A DNA stretch of 56,310 nucleotides from a virus, in the IMG/VR virus record IMGVR_UViG_3300022562_001240; one strand, given 5' to 3'. A model generated the notes under the pieces. That model did no database searches. It saw nothing but the letters and a program-made list of their open reading frames with translations, and had not been told where the DNA came from. Both the position numbers and the translations under genes were made by a program. This document shows, piece by piece, positions 9,488 to 18,207 of the stretch (position 1 is the first letter of the stretch; every line of letters begins with the position of its first letter).

Positions 9488-10003
9488 TCACCACACAAAT
9501 ACTTCTTTCCCAAAGTCAGAAATCAGGATTGATTTCTGGTGGTCGATTTCGTGTTGAAAGACGACGCCCTGTTGAATAAGTGACAGGGCGTCGTCGATCT
9601 CAACTATTTTCAAACCATTTTTCTCTTCAAGCATATAACCAAACAAATGAACTTTGCAAAAGCGTTTCACTTCGAAGAGTCGCAATTGACCCTCTGGGGA
9701 CCGAATTGACAGACACCCCTCGACAGAGACGACCTGTTCTTCGTTTTCTGTAAGTGGACTGTAATCGCAGTTGATAAAGTAACCGTACTTGTCTTTAGGA
9801 ACAAGAGGACATTTGCCGTCACCTCTCACAAGGAACAGTTTCCACGGTATCCCGACTTGGACGGCACTGATACCAATACCACGCTCCTTGTCGCAGACCT
9901 CTTGCATTTCTTGACAGACCTTGTAGACCTTGATCAAGTCGTCCAAAGGGACATCTACGATGTCGTCAAGTTTGGGGATTTGCCCCGTTTCCACAATCAT
10001 CAT
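9488..10003 (-). CDS. def: peptide deformylase
   Basis: All three PDF motifs are present: GIGISAVQVG (GxGxAAxQ), EGCLS, and QHEIDH (HExxH). Confidence 0.85.
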   Translation of the reverse strand: MMIVETGQIPKLDDIVDVPLDDLIKVYKVCQEMQEVCDKERGIGISAVQVGIPWKLFLVRGDGKCPLVPKDKYGYFINCDYSPLTENEEQVVSVEGCLSIRSPEGQLRLFEVKRFCKVHLFGYMLEEKNGLKIVEIDDALSLIQQGVVFQHEIDHQKSILISDFGKEVFVW

Positions 10004-10335
10004 ACGTCATTTGCCTTTGATTCATCACTTGCCGCTGGAGGAGTCGCCGTCAGCTTCTTATACAGGTTAGTTACCTGAACCGACAGCCATTTCTTCAGTT
10101 GCTCTGGGTCCGATCTCAGATGCACAGGGATCTTTAAGACCACAGCCTTGACTTCTTCATCAACTGGCGTGCCGATGACGATTGGATCATCATCAGGGTC
10201 CAGCTTGACAGCCTGTTCAATCAGATTGCCAACATACGAAGAAGCAGACAGCCCCTTTCGCTTGGAGAATTTCTTAAGCTCCTCATGTAGCTCTGGCCGG
10301 ATGGCGATGCTCATGACTTTCTTGTTTTTGCTCAT
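10000..10335 (-). CDS. ribbon-helix-helix (CopG/Arc-like) DNA-binding protein
   Basis: Start placed at MSKNKKVMSIAIRPELHEELKKFSKRKGLSASSYVGNLIEQ, which is a beta-strand-helix-helix pattern. This start is 5 nt downstream of the rpsU stop codon. Confidence 0.45.
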   Translation of the reverse strand: MSKNKKVMSIAIRPELHEELKKFSKRKGLSASSYVGNLIEQAVKLDPDDDPIVIGTPVDEEVKAVVLKIPVHLRSDPEQLKKWLSVQVTNLYKKLTATPPAASDESKANDV

Positions 10336-10342
10336 AACTACC

Positions 10343-10665
10343 TCACCTGTTTTTGTCTCTCCGCTTTTTCTTGCCCTTGCCTTGATTTGCCATGGCTTTC
10401 TTGATGAGTCCGGTCGGAGCCTTGACACGTTCGCCACGTTGAAGCTTTTCTTCCAGCAATTCCATCTGGAGCTTCTTCACTGCGGCCTTCCGCTTCTTAC
10501 GCTGCTTCTCAGACTTGCTTTCGTAGAACTGGTGTTCCTTGAAATCGTGCATGATGCCAGCGTTGCTCACTCTCCGCTTGAACTCAGTGAACATTTCCTT
10601 GAAGTTCTTGTGGGGATCGTTGTACTTCTTCTTGAGTTCAACTCTTACTCGTGTGGCATTAGCCA
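10343..10665 (-). CDS. rpsU: ribosomal protein bS21
   Basis: MANATRVRVELKKKYNDPHKNFKEMFTEFKRRVSNAGIMHDFKEHQFYESKSEKQRKKRKAAVKK matches the S21 pattern (FxxFKR...G...E...FYEKPS..R.RK). Start placed at the internal ATG at 10665, which has an AAGGAG ribosome-binding site 7 nt upstream. Confidence 0.75.
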
Positions 10666-10727
10666 TGGTCAGTCTCCTTACTTGTGATGCCTCATCATAG
10701 CGATTGGGCGAAGCCCATAGTAGATCG

Positions 10728-11858
10728 CTATTTGCTCTTAGACGAGTTGATGAAAGTGACGCCCAAGCGTCGAGCCTTCCGTTGCCGAACCGTATCATAT
10801 GATACCGTCTCATATGACTCGTTCGTCGATCCCCATTCCTGACCTGCAAGCGTTGGAGCGAACTCTTTCAACCTGACGATGATCCCGTCAATGATGCTGT
10901 TCTTCCAATCGCTCGGCTCGCCAGCCATGAGCATCGTCGAGAACGACCACAGGTATTGCTTCGGGCTTAGGCAACACAAGTCGTCAATCTCATACCCTTT
11001 GTGCTCCATGTATCTCTGTCGCTCGTCAACGACCAAGAATGGAGTCCTAGCCGCAATGGCTAAGTTGGATATCCCGGAATGCACATCCAGTACCAGCCCG
11101 ACATACCGCATCGCCGCCAAAACGTCTGTGACGTTGCGTGGCACCAAGTAGATGCAACGCTGGGCGAATTCTGTGGACATGTCATATGTGAACCAGTTCT
11201 GATATACCACCGGAACAAAGTCTGCCGCCAACAACTCCTCAATCAACGTCTCCCAAAACAGCTTGGGAACCGTAAGGTTCGTTGCCTTGCCTTTCTGCCA
11301 CGACCACATCCTTGTGGTAGGGTAGATGAAGACTTTGCGTCCACTCTTCCTCGACATCTCAGTCAAGAAGTTCTGTGAAAGCTTGTTGGCAGACGGTATC
11401 TCGGGCAAGTATCTTCTAATGTCCGGGAATGTTTCAAAGTATTTCGCAGTAAGCCCAAAGTCGTACAGTTCTTTAAGGTCACGCATCGTGACAATTCTTA
11501 CAGACTCCATGAGCCTGTGAGTCAGTTCTGTAGCCAAAGCACTCGTATTGTAAAAGTTATTAGCTTCTGATGCAAGTGTTTTTGCCACAGATTCGTCGTC
11601 TAAACACCAATACTCGTCCACATATGGGAAGAGCCCCTGAAGGCCCGGCCAAGAGCAAAGTATCAGATACTTGCCTGTAAGCTCCTTATATGGCCTCAGA
11701 AGTAGGGAGGAGAGGACGAAAGCCGATCTGAGATCTCCATAGAAGGGCATTGCGACGACGTTCGACGGGACCGAAGGCATGTTCTTTTCCTTATAGAACT
11801 CCCTTCGATAGCCGGTGCGTTCCGCTACCCTCTGAATGAAATCACTTGTTTGGCTCAT
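10728..11858 (-). CDS. GT9-like glycosyltransferase (heptosyltransferase family), paralog A
   Basis: 376 aa. The C-terminal DVHSGISNLAIAARTPFLVV resembles the GT9 D-SG-MHLAAA-G-P-V-L motif. Weak call. Confidence 0.4.
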   Translation of the reverse strand: MSQTSDFIQRVAERTGYRREFYKEKNMPSVPSNVVAMPFYGDLRSAFVLSSLLLRPYKELTGKYLILCSWPGLQGLFPYVDEYWCLDDESVAKTLASEANNFYNTSALATELTHRLMESVRIVTMRDLKELYDFGLTAKYFETFPDIRRYLPEIPSANKLSQNFLTEMSRKSGRKVFIYPTTRMWSWQKGKATNLTVPKLFWETLIEELLAADFVPVVYQNWFTYDMSTEFAQRCIYLVPRNVTDVLAAMRYVGLVLDVHSGISNLAIAARTPFLVVDERQRYMEHKGYEIDDLCCLSPKQYLWSFSTMLMAGEPSDWKNSIIDGIIVRLKEFAPTLAGQEWGSTNESYETVSYDTVRQRKARRLGVTFINSSKSK

Positions 11859-11997
11859 TTACACCTCTTGGTCGGACTTGGGATCGTGCCTCGATTGAGC
11901 CCTTGTGGAGCGAACCAAACCAGACCCTTATCCGCAATCTCCTTCAAGATCTTCTTTCTCTGCTCTTTCGTTCTTCGTTTTTCTAACCAATGATTCT

Positions 11998-13185
11998 TCA
12001 TGTCAACATCTCATAATGTTCAGATTGCAATTGCTTCGTGAACTCCTCATCTTTGACCATACCGACAATCTCGCCATAGTTGCCAGCCTGCATTTCTTCT
12101 ACAGCCTGCCGAACGAGATTGAGAGCGGTGTCATTGTCGTTTAAGACGCTACGGTAATGGGCGAGGACGACCTTCTTAGGACCGAAGGTAGCGAGTTCCA
12201 ACCGTTTGCCCTCTTGGGCTCCCATGATTCCAGAGTAGGAAACATAAATTTGCTCGGGGCTCTCAAACAACAGGAAGGGAACCCCCATCATGCCTGCTAA
12301 CCTAGTAGAAGCGGTCCAGAATTGGACGGTGAATTCAAGGTTGCAGATGATCGCCAAGGTTTTCTCAAGGTCTCTCGACTCTGGCATCTGAGAAAAGTCC
12401 AATACATCCTCCACAGGACATGGCAGGACGTTCTGTTTTTCTCCCAACCAGACAATGTTGTACCCCATTTCTTTAAGAATACCGATGAGTCTTACATAGA
12501 ACTCTGGCTGAAGATTTCTGCCGTAGGTTTTGCGGCCTCGGGCAAAGATGCCCACGCTTTTCGGCCTCATCAACCCCTTCGCCCATTCCAATTTTTGGAC
12601 TGACGGCCTTGGAATCGCCCTTGCCATCTTACGATTGTGTTCGATATCAGTGAAGATTGACCTGACCAGCATCGTGCTGTGACAATGAGGACAATCTTCA
12701 TACGCTCTTCGCCATTCATGCCAGAACTTGCCACAGGTTCGGCAGAAATTGCAGACGGCGTATTTGCCCAGTGCCGCTGAGGGAATTACGTCCCCGTACT
12801 TCGTGGCCGCTCGCTCCAGTCGTTCCAAATTGTTCGAGATGTGGTGGAAAGCCCGAGCATGATCTCGGAGCCACATATACTCCTCCTTCATTTCCCAGAA
12901 CTCATCAACCAGATGGCGGTAGATGTACTCTCGGCCATGCCAGCCCATTACGATAACGTAAGCTCCCGGAAACCGTCTCAACAGACGGGGGATACAATAC
13001 ATCGCCCCTAGCGTCTCACAACCGAATTCTGAGAAGCACGCAATGATCTTGATGCGATCCTTCTTCTTCGGTCTGGGACGATGGTTAAGCTTGTGGACAG
13101 TGAAAGAAATCTCATCGAGCGTCTGCTCTGAGATCTTGGATACAAAGGCATCCTTGTCCTTCGTCTTGAAGTAGGCCAACGCCAT
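11998..13185 (-). CDS. GT9-like glycosyltransferase, paralog B
   Basis: 395 aa. Same architecture as paralog A; C-terminal motif STRLAGMMGVPFLLF. Confidence 0.4.
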   Translation of the reverse strand: MALAYFKTKDKDAFVSKISEQTLDEISFTVHKLNHRPRPKKKDRIKIIACFSEFGCETLGAMYCIPRLLRRFPGAYVIVMGWHGREYIYRHLVDEFWEMKEEYMWLRDHARAFHHISNNLERLERAATKYGDVIPSAALGKYAVCNFCRTCGKFWHEWRRAYEDCPHCHSTMLVRSIFTDIEHNRKMARAIPRPSVQKLEWAKGLMRPKSVGIFARGRKTYGRNLQPEFYVRLIGILKEMGYNIVWLGEKQNVLPCPVEDVLDFSQMPESRDLEKTLAIICNLEFTVQFWTASTRLAGMMGVPFLLFESPEQIYVSYSGIMGAQEGKRLELATFGPKKVVLAHYRSVLNDNDTALNLVRQAVEEMQAGNYGEIVGMVKDEEFTKQLQSEHYEMLT

Positions 13186-13479
13186 TTACTTGTTCCCCTT
13201 GAGTCGTTTCATCTGCGAAGGCATACCACACTTCGGACACTTAAATCTTCGCCACTTGCCACAATTTGTACATCCGGGATCAATCTCATTGAGATCGGCG
13301 ATGTCAGCACTCAGCCCAGACGAAATCCGAGCCCAACGGCAACGAGGGCAGCGAATGAAGAAGTTCTTGGGTGCCCCGGTGTTGTCCGCTTCCGGCTCAT
13401 ATTCATCTTTGGGGTCTGCGATGTTTTCTGTCATATTGCCTCCGAAATAATATAGTGTGCCGTTAATAAGAAATTCCAA
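13186..13479 (-). CDS. zinc-ribbon protein (97 aa)
   Basis: Two CxxC pairs (CPRCRW ... CTNCGKWRRFKCPKCG). Confidence 0.45.
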   Translation of the reverse strand: MEFLINGTLYYFGGNMTENIADPKDEYEPEADNTGAPKNFFIRCPRCRWARISSGLSADIADLNEIDPGCTNCGKWRRFKCPKCGMPSQMKRLKGNK

Positions 13480-13487
13480 AAGAAAAA

Positions 13488-13515
13488 GCCCGGTAGTGGA
13501 ATTCCACTACCGGGC
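13488..13515 (-). terminator. rho-independent terminator after the 685-aa gene
   Basis: Perfect palindrome GCCCGGTAGTGG-AATT-CCACTACCGGGC. On the minus strand it is followed by CUUUUUCUUUUGG. Confidence 0.6.
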
Positions 13516-13549
13516 CATTCAATCAGGAGTAATGTCAGATCGTGAGACG

Positions 13550-15607
13550 CTACTCTGAAATCACCTCCTTCGGCGTCTTCTTCTGATCTGACCATGAGAC
13601 GGCGAGCGTCGAGAGAGTCTCTTGGAGAGACTTCAGCAACGCATCCCGCTCTTTCGTCAGGTTCGGAATGGTCTCCTTCTGGAGCTTCCGAGCCTCTGCC
13701 TTGGCGGCGTCAATCTCGGCGACCCAGCTTGTGAGCTTGTCACCCGACGCCACACTCTCAGCGGCCCGCAGGTCTTCTCGAACGCCTTCACGCTCTTGAT
13801 TGACTTCGGCAACCCGCTGTTGTGCTTCCTGAATCTGGCGATTCTTGTCGTCAATCTGCGACTGGATTTCAACACATTGCTTGACAGTCTTGTCGTTGGC
13901 AATTGACTTGCCAGACTCGATGACATTCTGTTGAACCCATCGGAAGTGATTGACGATGTTCACCTCTCGGCGATCCAGACGAGTCTCTGTCACTTTCAGA
14001 GTGGCAGACTGGTTGGCACCCACGGTGAAATAGGCACGCCATCCGTTCGACTGGGAGAGCTTCTCTTGTTCTTGAAGCTCGACGCCTTCGAAGTCCACCA
14101 TGACATTCTCTCCACCGAGAATGCTCAGGTGTTCCAGAGCCAACTTGAACGGCTCGTTCTTCTTGTTGGTCAGGGTGTATTCGGTCACGCCTGTAGAGAC
14201 GATCTCAGTCAACCCAACACCATCAGAAATCCGAACCGCAGTGAGGCGTGATTCGGTGGGAAGAGTCTTCTTCGACACCTTCATGCCATTTTCCAAGCAG
14301 TGCGGCAACATCCGATTGTCGCCCGGCTTGGTTGACTCCAGCACGCATTCGCCACTGAAGATACCTTCGTTGTAGATGACCGTCTTTCCCTTGCCCAAAC
14401 TGTAATCGGTCTCGTTCTTGAACTTGACGGCACGGTACGGTCTCGTAGCATGGTTCTCTTCTTTGTAGAGAAGAACCACGCCTGCGTGCTGCAATGGCAC
14501 AGAGAACATCGGCACCACCGCACTCTTGCGAGCGAGAATGGTGATTCGTTCCTTGCTGGTGAAGATGCAGAAGTCGCCGACTTCCTTGGAATCCACACCG
14601 GGCGATTGGGCCGCTGTCCCTGCATAACCGAGATCCTCGGCATCACAAGTCTCCAGCCCGAAGCTGGCATAATTAGAGACACTGGCCTTCACACCCAGAC
14701 CACGAGCGGCAGCCATCCGCATCTTGGCTTCGGGTGGAGCCGCCATCGCTTCGAAGCCACAGGCTACGGCTCCACCGCCATAAGCCTCCTCGACATCCAC
14801 ATTGCCCAGCGTGGTCTGTTCAACCAGATGGACGAAACGTCGCTTCGGAACAACCACGTTTGCAATGTCGGTGCTGAAGCTGATGGGATTTCCGGTAACA
14901 ACGCTCACACGGAAGTTGTCCCAATCCTCATCAGTGTTATTGTCGATGATTGCGGCCCCTTCGAGAGTGAAGTTGCCTTTGTCTTCTCGGATCGCATACC
15001 GCATTTTCCATGCGGCCACGGGAATCGTGTACTGCACCGAGAACTCTTCTGCCCCTTCCAACGACTCCAGCGTCAAATCCAACAGCGTGCTGTCGGGTTT
15101 GATCTTCTGGAAATTGGTCTTGAGGGCCTTTTCGATTTCCGTGCGAACAGCTTCGTCCTTGAACTCGATGTTCTGCACGTTGTTGAGTGGATACCGATAG
15201 ACGGAGCCGTCCTTCATGACGACGACGTAATCGGTATAGACTTCGTTCCCGTCGCACACCTTCGTCTCGGAGTCAAGACCGAGCAACTGATACTCATTCG
15301 AGCCGCTGCCCAGAGTGAGTTGCACTGTTGACCCCGACAGTTGACGGAGGAGGGACTTCATCGCCTCGTCTTGCTCAATCGCAAGAGATGTGGCATTCGA
15401 GTTGGCGGGAGTGAATGACGGCGGGGCCGTGAGCTTCACCTTGCCGAAGACTTGGAGAGATGCGGCGACATCGCCGATGCTGTCAGTCTTGAATGGAATT
15501 GAGATGGCTGCTTCGCCATCCTTCGGCGCATTGTAGACACGCCGGAAATGACCTATGCCGTTCGAAAAGAGTGTAACGTCATTGGTCTTAGAAGTTGGTG
15601 CTTGCAT
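13550..15607 (-). CDS. hypothetical large protein (685 aa) with a C-terminal coiled-coil
   Basis: Start set at the ATG at 15607, which has an AAGGAAGGA ribosome-binding site; the track ORF begins at a TTG. The C-terminal roughly 150 aa is heptad-rich (QIQEAQQRVAEVNQEREGVREDLRAAE...). Confidence 0.5.
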   Translation of the reverse strand: MQAPTSKTNDVTLFSNGIGHFRRVYNAPKDGEAAISIPFKTDSIGDVAASLQVFGKVKLTAPPSFTPANSNATSLAIEQDEAMKSLLRQLSGSTVQLTLGSGSNEYQLLGLDSETKVCDGNEVYTDYVVVMKDGSVYRYPLNNVQNIEFKDEAVRTEIEKALKTNFQKIKPDSTLLDLTLESLEGAEEFSVQYTIPVAAWKMRYAIREDKGNFTLEGAAIIDNNTDEDWDNFRVSVVTGNPISFSTDIANVVVPKRRFVHLVEQTTLGNVDVEEAYGGGAVACGFEAMAAPPEAKMRMAAARGLGVKASVSNYASFGLETCDAEDLGYAGTAAQSPGVDSKEVGDFCIFTSKERITILARKSAVVPMFSVPLQHAGVVLLYKEENHATRPYRAVKFKNETDYSLGKGKTVIYNEGIFSGECVLESTKPGDNRMLPHCLENGMKVSKKTLPTESRLTAVRISDGVGLTEIVSTGVTEYTLTNKKNEPFKLALEHLSILGGENVMVDFEGVELQEQEKLSQSNGWRAYFTVGANQSATLKVTETRLDRREVNIVNHFRWVQQNVIESGKSIANDKTVKQCVEIQSQIDDKNRQIQEAQQRVAEVNQEREGVREDLRAAESVASGDKLTSWVAEIDAAKAEARKLQKETIPNLTKERDALLKSLQETLSTLAVSWSDQKKTPKEVISE

Positions 15608-15637
15608 TTCGTCCTTCCTTGACAAGTTGCGGAGCAG

Positions 15638-16783
15638 TTATTTGTTGATGATTCGGTTGATCCTTTTGGCCTCACGTTTCTTGATTGACTCCCAAGCTTC
15701 TTGGGCGTCCTTCTCGTCCTCTTCATCATCAATGCTGAATCCGGCCAGCGACAACTGGTAAGCTCCCTTACCTTGTTTCCCGCCGCCAGACCCATGTTTG
15801 CCACCAAGTTTCTTACAGAAATCGGAGACTGATAGAGAGGCGTTGAGGCTTCTTACGGAACCTTCGATTCGATCACCGCCAACCACTCCAAAGGCTACAG
15901 CGGTTTCTACAGAAGCCCAAGAGACCATCTCCTCGGCCATATCTGCGATCAGATCCCTTTCTTTCTCAGGGATGAGGCCCAATCCTACCACAGCATACCC
16001 CTCTGAGTCAATCTCAGCTTCAGAGATAGCTTCTGCCTTTCTGTCTACCCAGAACTTGCGTCTCTTAAAGAAGACAATCTGGTTAAGATAGTTGGAGTTG
16101 CGGAACTCGAAGAGTTCGTTGAACGCTTGCCGTTCAAGCTCGGTGCAATCGTCGGCCAGCATGAAGTGCGTGTCCGTCATGATCCCGGCGATGAGGGCGG
16201 TGGCGAGCTTTGCGTCTGCATCTACGCCATCGTCAAACCATTTATCGGACGGAACCAACTCCTTCATCATCTCGAAGATGATGGCGGCACAACTGCCCGC
16301 TTTTCGATGGATCAGAATGCCATCGTAGTGTGTGGGTAGATCACGGTGATGATCGATCACGACATCAAAACGACCCCGGAGATCGCCTCGTTCGCCCACG
16401 CCCGCATAAGACGGAACCGTATCGACAAGAATGTGGAGACAGTGTTTGTCTGGCTCATAGTCCTCGATCTTAGTCAGATCGGGGCTGAGCAAATTCACCA
16501 TCGACCCATTCTGGGGATGTGAGACCTCCCCGTCATAAAACATGTGAGATTCGACCCCAAAGGCTTTGTCGAGCAGCCATGCCATTCCCATCATAGAAGA
16601 GATGGCATCGGGATCAGGACATCTGTGCGTGAAGATTGCCGCAGGACATCCTTGCTCTCGGCGTTGCTCTACCAGTTTCTTAAAGTCATCGAAGCATCTC
16701 TTCGACTTTCCTCTGGACGGTTTAGACTGGTCCTCTTCGTCCAAAGGCTCCTCGGTTTGAGGAGTGGTAGGTTCTTCGGCCAT
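15638..16783 (-). CDS. DHH-family phosphoesterase (NrnA-like nanoRNase / pAp phosphatase)
   Basis: DHH motifs I-IV are present: HRCPDPDAISS, ILVDT, VIDHHR, AGIMTDT. A DHHA1-like GGKHGSGGGK lies near the C-terminus. Confidence 0.75.
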   Translation of the reverse strand: MAEEPTTPQTEEPLDEEDQSKPSRGKSKRCFDDFKKLVEQRREQGCPAAIFTHRCPDPDAISSMMGMAWLLDKAFGVESHMFYDGEVSHPQNGSMVNLLSPDLTKIEDYEPDKHCLHILVDTVPSYAGVGERGDLRGRFDVVIDHHRDLPTHYDGILIHRKAGSCAAIIFEMMKELVPSDKWFDDGVDADAKLATALIAGIMTDTHFMLADDCTELERQAFNELFEFRNSNYLNQIVFFKRRKFWVDRKAEAISEAEIDSEGYAVVGLGLIPEKERDLIADMAEEMVSWASVETAVAFGVVGGDRIEGSVRSLNASLSVSDFCKKLGGKHGSGGGKQGKGAYQLSLAGFSIDDEEDEKDAQEAWESIKKREAKRINRIINK

Positions 16784-16786
16784 GAT

Positions 16787-17233
16787 TTACCTATCCAACA
16801 GGAGTTCCTTTGATCTAAGTAAGCTCGTCATGCTCACACGTTTTCCTTCGTGGGTCAATTCAAGCTCGACGATCCAGTAGTCTCCTACCTTTCTGAGTAA
16901 TGTGACAGTTGGCGGGGGCGGGGTTGCCGCATTGAGCCATTCGATAACCAAAGGAATTGCTTCTTCCTTCGTGGCTACTGGGAGATGAGCCGCAATCCAC
17001 TTGTCACCTTCAAGATACAAACCAAATTTGTAACCATCAACAACTTTGCAGGCCAAAACATCCAGCGTAACTCCCGGTTCCAATTCAATGTTCTTGGGGC
17101 GACGTTGGAATTCGACTGTGGCAATCGTTGACGGTCCTTCGGACTGTTGATTCTCGTGTAAATAATACACGACATAGAAAATCGGTGCAATGGCTACCGC
17201 CGCTAACACCAGTGCGACTATCCAGCTTCTCAA
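16787..17233 (-). CDS. membrane protein (N-terminal TM helix)
   Basis: IVALVLAAVAIAPIFYVVYYL hydrophobic segment. TTG start preceded by GGAGGTAGGA. Confidence 0.4.
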   Translation of the reverse strand: MRSWIVALVLAAVAIAPIFYVVYYLHENQQSEGPSTIATVEFQRRPKNIELEPGVTLDVLACKVVDGYKFGLYLEGDKWIAAHLPVATKEEAIPLVIEWLNAATPPPPTVTLLRKVGDYWIVELELTHEGKRVSMTSLLRSKELLLDR

Positions 17234-17248
17234 TCCTACCTCCAGCGA

Positions 17249-17743
17249 TCAGTTTTCCTTGACCACCCAAGGCGACGGTTCGTGCTCGACGCCGAGACTA
17301 CTGCTCACCTTCTCGATCCTTTTTCTTATGGATTCAATTTCGGACATCAGCTTGCCTTCTTCGCCCTTGCGAGCCTTTTGTTCAAGCTTGTCCCCTGCTC
17401 CCATTTTTGCCATTTTGTTTTCGACCTTAAAGAGTTGATTCTTGAGTGATTCAATTTCTTTAAGCAGGTCTTCACTGACCCACACAGGAGGCGTAGTCTT
17501 GTGATCTGGACCGGCACTGTCTGGATAGACAGGGTTTGGAGTCTTGTGCTCCTCTTGAAGAAGCTGATCCTCGGAGTCCATGAAATCCCAATACGCATCC
17601 TGAGCGTCGTCGCCTAAAACGGAAGCGGCGAACTCAGAAGGTTGAGGCGGTTCGGGTGCTGGGTGGACATTATCTTGTTGGGCTTGATCCCACATGTCCG
17701 CCCACATCTCGATCTCTGATCTATAATCATTGTACTCAGACAT
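17249..17743 (-). CDS. hypothetical acidic protein (164 aa)
   Basis: ORF on the dominant strand. Confidence 0.4.
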   Translation of the reverse strand: MSEYNDYRSEIEMWADMWDQAQQDNVHPAPEPPQPSEFAASVLGDDAQDAYWDFMDSEDQLLQEEHKTPNPVYPDSAGPDHKTTPPVWVSEDLLKEIESLKNQLFKVENKMAKMGAGDKLEQKARKGEEGKLMSEIESIRKRIEKVSSSLGVEHEPSPWVVKEN

Positions 17744-17775
17744 AGTAATGTATGTAGCGTCTGAGAACTGAAATT

Positions 17776-18207
17776 TCAGATTTCAATGGTGGACTTGAAG
17801 GTGTTTGTTTCGGGATCAAATTTGAGAGTTGTGATCAATTCCCAGTGCGGGTCGGCCTTCGGGACGTACTCTTTTTGTGTGTAGAACATGGCTTCTATGA
17901 CGAATTCGTACTCTTTTGCCGCCACTTCGTCATCTGACATGCCCGCCAGAAGATCCTCGCACATCTCCCGACAAATCCGGTAGCAATCCGGCATCCGGGC
18001 GCAATGGATCTTGTTCATAACCATCGAAGCCTGAAACGCCTTGTCAATCTTCAGCAGATTGATGATGTCTCGCTTCTCAGGGCCATCGCCGAAAATAGCG
18101 ACGGCAGAGAACTTCGCCATCACCTGCCCAGCTTTCGGGCCGTGCTTGCGGGTGTCGAAGAAATAGTCGTGAAAATTGCTGTCGTCGATGATGACTTCTT
18201 CTGTCAC
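17776..18207 (-). CDS. hypothetical protein (143 aa)
   Basis: Its start overlaps the dnaE fragment stop by 4 nt. Confidence 0.45.
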   Translation of the reverse strand: MTEEVIIDDSNFHDYFFDTRKHGPKAGQVMAKFSAVAIFGDGPEKRDIINLLKIDKAFQASMVMNKIHCARMPDCYRICREMCEDLLAGMSDDEVAAKEYEFVIEAMFYTQKEYVPKADPHWELITTLKFDPETNTFKSTIEI